64,000 nucleotides of DNA from Dehalococcoidia bacterium (lineage in GTDB: Bacteria; Chloroflexota; Dehalococcoidia; CAUJGQ01): the NCBI GenBank assembly GCA_050184225.1, contig JBFXAN010000006.1:1640-65639 (forward strand), in the 5' to 3' direction. This document shows, piece by piece, positions 10,372 to 17,768 of this stretch (its first letter is position 1; the number at the start of each line of letters is the position of its first letter). The position numbers and the translations under genes are program-made. The notes beneath the pieces are model-generated. The model worked only from the letters and a program-made list of their open reading frames with translations. It did not search any database and was not told where the DNA came from.

Positions 10372-11565
10372 TCACGCATCTCGCAGGGCAGCAACGCCGG
10401 GCAGCGTCTTGCCCTCCAGAAACTCGAGCGAAGCGCCGCCACCCGTGGAGACGTGCGTCAGCCGGTCCTCGACGCCAGCCTCGGCGACCGCCGCCGCCGT
10501 CTCGCCGCCGCCGACGACCGTCACAGCATCGAGACCGGCGAGGATCTTCGCGACGGCGAGCGTGCCGCCCGCGAACGCGGGAAACTCGAAGACGCCCATC
10601 GGTCCGTTCCACACCACGGTCTTACACGGAGCGAGCGCCTGCCGGAAGCGGTCGATCGTCTCCGGTCCGATATCCATGATCCGCCAGCCGGCGGGAACGC
10701 CCTCCTCGACTCGGATGATCCGCGTCTTCGCGCCGGCGTCAAAGGCATCGGCGATCACCGCGTCGACCGGTAGCTCGATCGTTGTCCCCTTTGCACGCGC
10801 GTTCTCCATTGCCTCGTGGGCGACCGGAATCTGGTCTTCCTCCACCAGCGAGTCGCCAACCTCACGGCCCTGCGCCTGGAAGAATGTATTCGCCATCCCG
10901 CCGCCGATCAGGATCAGGTCGGCCGTGCCGACGAGGTTGCCGAGCACATCGATCTTGCCGCTGATCTTGGCGCCGCCGATCACCGCCGCAAAGGGCCGCG
11001 CCGGATTGCTCACCGCCTGGCCGAGATAGAGCAGTTCCTTCTCCATCAAGAAGCCGGCCACCGCCGGAAGCAGATGCGCGACACCCTCGGTGCTGGCGTG
11101 CGCCCGATGGGCCGTACCAAAGGCGTCGTTGACGTAGACATCGGCGAGCGCGGCCAGTTTCCCGGCAAAGCCGGTGTCGTTCGCCTCCTCCTCGGCATGG
11201 AAGCGCACGTTCTCCAGCATGAGCACGTCGCCGTCCTTCATCCGGTCAACCGCCGCCTCAGCCTCGGGACCAACCGAGTCGGACGCGGTGGCAACCGGCA
11301 CGCCAAGCAGTGCGGACAGTCGCACCGCGATCGGCGCCAGCCGCAGCCGTTCCTGAACCGTGCCGTCCGGCCGGCCGAGATGCGACACCAGGATCACCCG
11401 TGCGCCCGTGTCGCGGAGGTACTGGATCGTGGGGAGCGCGGCGCGGATCCGGCTGTCATCCGTGATCGCACCCGTCTGCTTGTCCATCGGTACGTTGAAG
11501 TCCACGCGCACGAGCACGCGCTTTCCCGCGACATCGATATCGCGGACGGTCTGCTTTGCCGTCAT
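10372..11565 (-). CDS. pgk: Phosphoglycerate kinase
   Basis: [23 protein letters not shown] and GGGDTAAAV-like GGGETAAAV motifs. Start at [11 protein letters not shown]. Confidence 0.95.
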   Translation of the reverse strand: MTAKQTVRDIDVAGKRVLVRVDFNVPMDKQTGAITDDSRIRAALPTIQYLRDTGARVILVSHLGRPDGTVQERLRLAPIAVRLSALLGVPVATASDSVGPEAEAAVDRMKDGDVLMLENVRFHAEEEANDTGFAGKLAALADVYVNDAFGTAHRAHASTEGVAHLLPAVAGFLMEKELLYLGQAVSNPARPFAAVIGGAKISGKIDVLGNLVGTADLILIGGGMANTFFQAQGREVGDSLVEEDQIPVAHEAMENARAKGTTIELPVDAVIADAFDAGAKTRIIRVEEGVPAGWRIMDIGPETIDRFRQALAPCKTVVWNGPMGVFEFPAFAGGTLAVAKILAGLDAVTVVGGGETAAAVAEAGVEDRLTHVSTGGGASLEFLEGKTLPGVAALRDA

Positions 11566-11631
11566 CGAGATCGTTCCCTCTACCGTGATTCGGCGGCCGC
11601 ACAACCGCCTGCATCCCATGATATCGGCTGT

Positions 11632-12480
11632 TCAGGCGAGTCCCAGGAGCGCCGCCGGATTGTCCTGCACCATCCGCCGGACCTCGTCATCGCTCAATCC
11701 CTCCTGCAACATGGCGGCGATGAACATGCGCAGCCCCTCCGGCGGCGAAGCGTTCTGCGTCTGTCCGAGGTCGGTCGAGAGGATCGCCTGCGCTGGTCCG
11801 TCCTCACGGATCGACGCCGCGATCGATGCGGTGGTGTGCGTCCCGTGACGGGCTGTCAGCGCGATATAGGCGTGTTCGACGTATGCGCCGAGCCGCGAGA
11901 ACCGCGTAGTCAGCTCGACAGGCACCGGCGTCATTTCCGCGTGCGTGATCACCGTCTTGATACCGCGCCGCCGCGCCTCGGGGACGAGCACCTGTTGCTC
12001 CTCCGGCGCCAGATGGCCGGAACCCATGATCAGGTTGTACTGCTTGATGATGTCGAGCAGGTCGTTCACCACCGGCAGCAACCGCCCCGCCTCGTCCAGC
12101 ACGGTGATCCCATCGCCACGGCTCATCCGCGTCCGCCGCCAGTGCGCCGCGCAGAACGTCGGCATCCAGACCTTGGCCGCGCCCATCTTCGCCGACGCCT
12201 CGAGCGCAAAGGGATTCAACCCGCCAACTTCCTCGTCGAGCGAGATCGCACCGAACACGGTGAACCCTTCGACCACCCGATTGATCACATACGCCGCCGG
12301 CGCGGTGGGATACTCGTGACTCTTGAAAATGATCGCCCGCATCCCCGCATCACGGCAGGCGCGGGCCAACTCCAGCGCATCATGCCGCCGCGCCGCGATC
12401 GGGTCCGGCGCGGCATGCGCGTGAATGTCGATCGAACCACGCCAGATCGCGTCGATGCGTTCAGTGAGGTGCTGGGTCAT
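11632..12480 (-). CDS. Amidohydrolase-related TIM-barrel protein (DUF6282-like)
   Basis: GSIDIHAHAAPD metal-binding start motif and strong GC3 bias. Start at ATG 12480 (MTQHLTERID). Confidence 0.6.
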   Translation of the reverse strand: MTQHLTERIDAIWRGSIDIHAHAAPDPIAARRHDALELARACRDAGMRAIIFKSHEYPTAPAAYVINRVVEGFTVFGAISLDEEVGGLNPFALEASAKMGAAKVWMPTFCAAHWRRTRMSRGDGITVLDEAGRLLPVVNDLLDIIKQYNLIMGSGHLAPEEQQVLVPEARRRGIKTVITHAEMTPVPVELTTRFSRLGAYVEHAYIALTARHGTHTTASIAASIREDGPAQAILSTDLGQTQNASPPEGLRMFIAAMLQEGLSDDEVRRMVQDNPAALLGLA

Positions 12481-12489
12481 TCTTGAAAT

Positions 12490-12655
12490 ACCCCTCCCCC
12501 GGCCCCTCCCCCCGCAGAGGCGCGGAGCGGGGAGCACTGGTCTGGGTGTGGTGCCAGCGTCGTCCCCGCGACAGTCTGGCTGTGAGACGGTCTACCGTGG
12601 CACCCCAGACCCGGCGAGGCACCCCTCTCCGCGCGTCAGCGGGGGGAGGGGTCCG
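12490..12655. repeat. Palindromic G/C-rich element, family B copy 1
   Basis: Termini are CCCCTCCCCCGGCCCCTCCCCCCGC..GCGGAGCGGGGAGC and the inverted complement ..GGGGGGAGGGGTCCG. This is the same architecture as 26059..26236. It fills the spacer between two gene ends exactly. Confidence 0.8.
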
Positions 12656-13846
12656 TCACACCGCCCCGTCCTCCCGCAACGTCGCAATCGCCTCAGTCGA
12701 GATTCCGAGCACCTCACGCAGCACATCGTCCGTGTGCTCACCGTGGCGCGGTGGCGCGCGGCGCGGCTCGATCGGTGTCTCCGAGAGATGGACTGCCGGC
12801 CCCACCACCTGGATCGACTCGGCCGTGGGATGGGGCAACGTCCGCAACAGACCAAGCGCCTGTACCTGGGGATCGGCCATCGCCTCCGGAACCGTGTTGA
12901 TCGGGCCGGCCGGCACACCGGCGTCGTTGAGCACCCGCAGCCACTCGTCGGCCGGACGTTCGGCGATCACCGCCGCAACCAGCGGAATCAGCACGTCCCG
13001 CTGGTCGAGCCGGTCGGTGTTGGTCGTGAAGCGCGGATCTTCGGCAAGTTCCGGCCGGCCGGCGACGGCGCAGAACGTGCGGAACTGGCGGTCGTTGCCA
13101 ACGGCGAGCGCCAGCGGACGGTCCGCCGCCTGGAACGCCTGATACGGCACGATATTGGGATGCGCATTGCCGAAGCGCTTCGGTGGCGCGCCGCTGACGA
13201 GATAGTTCTGGCCCACGTTGGCGAGCCAGGCGAGTGCGGACTCCAGCAGCGACACATCGACCCGCTGGCCGCGTCCTGTGTCACGCCGTGCATACAGCGC
13301 CGCCAGGATGCCATTGACCGCATTCAGTCCGGCGGTAACATCGACGATCGCGACGCCGACCTTCATCGGTTCACCTTCGGCGTCGCCCGTGATCGACATG
13401 ATCCCGGCCATCCCCTGGATAACGAAGTCGTAGCCGGGGTAGTCCTTGTACGGTCCGGTCGTGCCGAATCCCGTGATCGAGGCGTGGATCAGTCCGGGAT
13501 TGGCCTCCCAGAGCACCGCATCCGCCAGATTCATCCGCTCCAGCGTGCCCCGCTTGAAGTTCTCGATCAGCACATCCGACCGCCGCACCAGGTCGAGCAA
13601 CACCCGCCGCGCGCCCTCGTGCTTCAAATTGAGGGTGATGCCGCGCTTGTTGCGGTTCACCGACAGGTAGTAGGCGCTCTCGCCACCCGCCCAGGGCGGA
13701 CCCCACCCCCGCGTCTCATCGCCGTCGCCCGGCTACTCGACCTTGATCACGTCGGCGCCCATGTCGCCCAGCGTCATCGCCGCATACGGCCCGGCCAGCA
13801 CCCGCGAAAGATCGAGCACACGAATATCATGAAGCGGTCCAGTCAT
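12656..13846 (-). pseudogene. CoA-transferase family III (CaiB/BaiF) gene interrupted by in-frame TAG at codon 38
   Basis: Manual translation from ATG 13846: [74 protein letters not shown]. It runs in the same frame into track ORF 12656..13660. The TAG is at 13733..13735. Confidence 0.8.
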
Positions 13847-14167
13847 TAGTTGATCACCCCGAGTTGCTACAGACGGCCCAGACCGTTGACCTTAGGCCAC
13901 CATTGGACAATTCGCCAACAATCGCACCGAGAGATGTTGAGCCTCGTCCGGGAAACCTGCCGCCCGGTAGGGCTGATCCCCTGGACCTCACCGAGATGTG
14001 TGCCCCGTTGTTCGATAACGCACCACAATCGCACGCAGCATCTCGATATCCTCCACGGCTGGCATTCTACGCTATCCGCGAGGCTGGGCGGACTCGATGA
14101 TCGGGGCGGGTGACTCACCGGATATGCTGTAATTGCGAGGCAAGATTGCGGCCATCGGAGAGACGTC

Positions 14168-14479
14168 ATGAGCAAGGTGCGAAAGCATCTCTATCTCGAT
14201 GCCAAGCAAGAGCAGAAACTGCGCGAGTATGCCGCGCGCTGGGGGTGCAGCGAAGCCGGCGTGATGCGCGTCGCGTTGGACCGCTTGACGGACTTGGACC
14301 ATTCTGTCGTGTCGGGCACATGGGACCGGACGAGTCAGTTGGACGATGAGGCCGGGGAAGAGCCGTTGAGCGATCAAGCGTTGGCAGCGCTCGAAGCTGA
14401 GAGCGAGGCGTGGTTCCGCGAGCACCCACAACCGCTGGGCCTGTCCGAGGCTGTCTTCCTGGACCGTGAAGGCCGGTGA
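14168..14479 (+). CDS. vapB: Ribbon-helix-helix (CopG/VapB-like) antitoxin
   Basis: KHLYLDAKQEQKLREYAARWGCSEAGVMRVALDRL is an RHH fold signature. 4-nt overlap with the downstream PIN gene. Confidence 0.75.
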   Translation: MSKVRKHLYLDAKQEQKLREYAARWGCSEAGVMRVALDRLTDLDHSVVSGTWDRTSQLDDEAGEEPLSDQALAALEAESEAWFREHPQPLGLSEAVFLDREGR

Positions 14480-14925
14480 TTCTTTTCGTCGATACATCGG
14501 CATTGGTCCGCCGCTATGACCTCACCGAGCCGGGTTCGGATCAGGTACTTCGGCTCTGCCGTCCGGCGAACGGCCACGAAATTACGCTCCTGTCGATCAC
14601 CTCAGTCGAGGTTGCATCTGCGCTCCATAGAAAGTTGCGCGACGGTGCGATCGACCCGGCACAGCGCACGCGCATGTGGCGGCTATTCGTCGAGCATTGC
14701 CGCCGCCAGTATCGGTTCCTCACGCTCGATCAACCGATGTACCGACGGGCACAACGGCTTGTGGGCCGCCACACCCTTCGTGCGTACGACGCCTTGCAGC
14801 TCGCGGCTGCCTTGGAGTTTGCCCGGTCGTTGCCTCGCGTAACCGAATTCCGCTTCTGCACCGCCGATCGGCCGCAGGCGCGCGCCGCCGAAGGGGAAGG
14901 GCTGCTCGTCGAGATCATCTCCTAG
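14476..14925 (+). CDS. vapC: PIN-domain ribonuclease toxin
   Basis: MILFVDTSALVRRY (first acidic PIN residue), with later D/E residues ..LRAYDALQLAAA. Confidence 0.8.
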   Translation: MILFVDTSALVRRYDLTEPGSDQVLRLCRPANGHEITLLSITSVEVASALHRKLRDGAIDPAQRTRMWRLFVEHCRRQYRFLTLDQPMYRRAQRLVGRHTLRAYDALQLAAALEFARSLPRVTEFRFCTADRPQARAAEGEGLLVEIIS

Positions 14926-14945
14926 ACCGGGAGTGCCCCGCTCTC

Positions 14946-17135
14946 CTACAGGCTCCGCTTGAAGAACTCGGCGATCCGTTCTTCCATGAAGACGCGGTCC
15001 TCCTCACGTCGAGGTGAGTGGCGTTCTTCCGGGTAAAGCTGAATCTCATACGGCTTGCCCGCCTCGATCAACTTGGTGATGAGCCGGCCGGTGTGCCGGA
15101 AGTGGACGTTCTCGTCGATCATGCCGTGGACCAGCAGCAGGGCGCCCCGCATCTGCTCGACGTGCGTCATCACCGAGCCGGCGCGATAGCCCTCGGGGTT
15201 GTCCTGCGGCGTGCCCATATATCGCTCGGTATAGTGCGTGTCGTAGCCGTCCCACGCCGTCACCGGCGCGCCGGCGACCGCGACCTTGAACACATCCGGC
15301 GCGCGCAGCAGACACATCAGCGCCATGTAGCCGCCGTAGGACCACCCGTAGACGCCAATCCGGTCCGTATCCGCCTGTGGAATGTGCTCGCCCAACCAGC
15401 GCACGCCATCAACCTGGTCGCGGACCTCGATATCGCCCATCTTCTGATGCAACGCGCCCTCGAACGCCAACCCGCGTCGCGCGGAGCCGCGGTTGTCCAG
15501 CATCAACACGATGAACCCCTGCTGAGCGAGATACTGCGCGCGCATACTCACGGTCATCCGCCAGGCATCCTGCACCATCTGCGGTCCCGGTCCGCCATAG
15601 ACGCTGACGATCACCGGCGCCTTTGCATCAGCCGCGAGGCCCGGCGGGAGATAGACGGCGCCGTGCAGACGCTCGCCATCCCGCGTCATCGCCTCGACCA
15701 GACGCGGCGGCGGCAGGCGGAGGGCGGCCAGACGTTCGTCCGGCTTGGCCCCGCCTTGAAGGCGGAAATGGATCTCGGAGTCGACCTCGCGGACCGTCGC
15801 CGACGGCGGCGCCTCGATCGACGAATACAGATCGACGTAGCAGCAGGCACTCGAATCGAGCGTCACACCGTGCATGCCGTGTCCGGTGGTGATCTGTTCG
15901 GCAGCGCCACCGGCCAGGGGAATGCGGAAGAGTTGCATCTCCAGCGGCGTCTCCCGCCACCCTTCCACATAAACCCAGCCGCCGGATGTGTCCACACCGC
16001 GAACGCGGTCGATGAAGGTATCGTCCGTATTCAGCCGGTGCACCAACCGCCCATCACGGTCGTAGAGATAGAGATTGCGCGGCCCGTCTCGCTCAGAGGT
16101 CCAGAGGATGGAGTACGCATCGGCCGGCGCGTCCCGGTCGCGCACGAAGCGAAGATCGTCGGTCAGGTTGATCCAGGGCCGAACCTCGTCCACCCAGAGC
16201 ACCACCGTCGCATCGTGCTCCGGGTCGATGCGACGTACCTCCAGCCGCGTTTGGTCGCGCGACTGGACCTGCACGAGCAGCAAACCGTCCGGCGTCCAAT
16301 TCACCCGCGCCAGGTAGATATCCGGTTCATCGCCGAGCGACAGCCAGCGCGCGTCACCGCCGCGTGCGGCGACCACCCCGAGCCGAACACGGGCGTTCGC
16401 CTTCCCGGCAAAGGGATAGCGATGCGCCTCCATGTCGACGGCATCGGTGCCGGGGTGCGGAATGATGAACAGCGGAACCTCAGATGTGTCCACCTGCTCG
16501 AAGGCGATCCGCGTTCCATCGGGCGACCACCAGAACCCCGCCGAGCGCCCCATCTCCTCCTGCGCGACGAACTCCGCGAGGCCGTTGGTGATCGCCCGGT
16601 CGCCGAACCCGTCGGGGGCTGAGGCGTCGAACGTCAAGCGGATGGGCACAGCTCCCGGCTGCGTCAGATCAAGCGTGTAGAGGTCGCCCTCACGGACAAA
16701 CGCCACCATCGTGCCATCGGGGCTGAGCCGCGGGTCGATGCATCCGCCGCCCTCGGTCATCTGCCGCAGTTCCCCGTCGATCCCGTTCTTGATGTACACA
16801 TCGCCGCGCAGCGGAATCACCAGGGTGCCGCCCGTTTCACTCCAGGCATAACTGGTCACACCGGTAGCCAGCTGGCGCTGCCGCTCACGGCGCAACGCCT
16901 CCTCGCGGCTGACGGCCTCGTCGGTGTTGCCGCCGTGTGATCGCTCCAGCAACCGGAACTCCCTTCCGGACTCACGATCGTAGGCCCAGAGCTCGCGCGA
17001 CAAGCTGTTGTCGGAGCTGTACAGGTACGTGACGTACCGGCTGTCGGCAGAAAAACGCGCGTCCACGGGCACGTTCATACCGGGAGCGGGATAGCGGGCA
17101 ACGTCACGCGCGGTGAGAGGCTGGGTGGTGGTCAT
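14946..17135 (-). CDS. Prolyl oligopeptidase S9 family peptidase (DPP-IV-like beta-propeller plus catalytic domain)
   Basis: GVYGWSYGGYMAL (G-x-S-x-G-G), C-terminal LLLVHGMIDENVHF, and a long propeller N-domain. Start at ATG 17135. Confidence 0.85.
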   Translation of the reverse strand: MTTTQPLTARDVARYPAPGMNVPVDARFSADSRYVTYLYSSDNSLSRELWAYDRESGREFRLLERSHGGNTDEAVSREEALRRERQRQLATGVTSYAWSETGGTLVIPLRGDVYIKNGIDGELRQMTEGGGCIDPRLSPDGTMVAFVREGDLYTLDLTQPGAVPIRLTFDASAPDGFGDRAITNGLAEFVAQEEMGRSAGFWWSPDGTRIAFEQVDTSEVPLFIIPHPGTDAVDMEAHRYPFAGKANARVRLGVVAARGGDARWLSLGDEPDIYLARVNWTPDGLLLVQVQSRDQTRLEVRRIDPEHDATVVLWVDEVRPWINLTDDLRFVRDRDAPADAYSILWTSERDGPRNLYLYDRDGRLVHRLNTDDTFIDRVRGVDTSGGWVYVEGWRETPLEMQLFRIPLAGGAAEQITTGHGMHGVTLDSSACCYVDLYSSIEAPPSATVREVDSEIHFRLQGGAKPDERLAALRLPPPRLVEAMTRDGERLHGAVYLPPGLAADAKAPVIVSVYGGPGPQMVQDAWRMTVSMRAQYLAQQGFIVLMLDNRGSARRGLAFEGALHQKMGDIEVRDQVDGVRWLGEHIPQADTDRIGVYGWSYGGYMALMCLLRAPDVFKVAVAGAPVTAWDGYDTHYTERYMGTPQDNPEGYRAGSVMTHVEQMRGALLLVHGMIDENVHFRHTGRLITKLIEAGKPYEIQLYPEERHSPRREEDRVFMEERIAEFFKRSL

Positions 17136-17278
17136 ATGCGCTCCAACGAACGATGTGGTGAGCTTTCGACCAAGCGTACATCCTTCGCACACATTGCCGG
17201 GACGCCCGTGCTGTGCTATGTTCCAGATACGGACCCATCGACGGGACCGTTATTGCCGTGTGCCGGCGCTCTTCACCT

Positions 17279-17353
17279 GGGGTCGTAGCTCAATGGGAGA
17301 GCACCACAATGGCATTGTGGGGGTTAGGGGTTCGAGTCCCCTCGGCTCCACCA
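17279..17353 (+). tRNA. tRNA-Ala, anticodon GGC, CCA encoded
   Basis: Hand-folded cloverleaf: acceptor GGGGTCG/CGGCTCC with G3:U70, D-stem GCTC/GAGC, anticodon stem CCACA/TGTGG with loop ATGGCAT, T-arm AGGGG-TTCGAGT-CCCCT, discriminator A, CCA. Confidence 0.9.
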
Positions 17354-17424
17354 GCGCCGGCCGAGACATGAACAACGATCGCTGGGGCGGGTCACAGACC
17401 CGCCCTCGTCCACAATGGAGCTGC

Positions 17425-17690
17425 ATCGAACAGGAGTAGTAGGCCGCATAACCAGAGAGCTGACGGTCGGTGCGAGTCAGCGATGCGCGGTCGAACTCGC
17501 CTGGGAGCAGCGGCGATGAACACTCCGATCGGGGTCTAGTCGCCGACGGTTCGCGCCCGTTATCGCGCCCCCAGAGCGCCTCGCGGCGAGACGCTCCCGG
17601 TAGCCACCCCGGGACGCCGCGCAGGAAGCAGGGTGGTACCGCGGAGTATGTGCCCTCCGTCCCTGTATGGACGTGAGGGCTTTTTCTTTT
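17425..17690 (+). promoter_or_regulatory. T-box leader (tRNA-Leu responsive) controlling leuS
   Basis: AGAGA bulge (17454..17458). Distal stem GCTGAC/GTCAGC with loop GGTCGGTGCGA (GGUGNRA-like). AGUA/GAA S-turn elements flank candidate specifier CUC (17496..17498). T-box sequence AGCAGGGTGGTACCGCGG (17627..17646). Terminator hairpin plus T-tract follows. Confidence 0.75.
17652..17690 (+). terminator. Intrinsic terminator of the T-box leader
   Basis: GCCCTCCGTCC-CTGTAT-GGACGTGAGGGC followed by TTTTTCTTTT. Confidence 0.75.
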
Positions 17691-17759
17691 CAGTTCGGAG
17701 TTCAGGGTTCCAAGGTAGTCCCGACTGAACCCCGAATCCCGAACTCGAACCCCGAACTG
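17691..17759. repeat. Heptamer-repeat hairpin (AGTTCGG/CCGAACY units)
   Basis: CAGTTCGGAGTTCAGGGTTC ... GAACCCCGAATCCCGAACTCGAACCCCGAACTG. The arms are complementary and built of ~7-nt units. Confidence 0.6.
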
Positions 17760-17768
17760 GAGCAGGCG

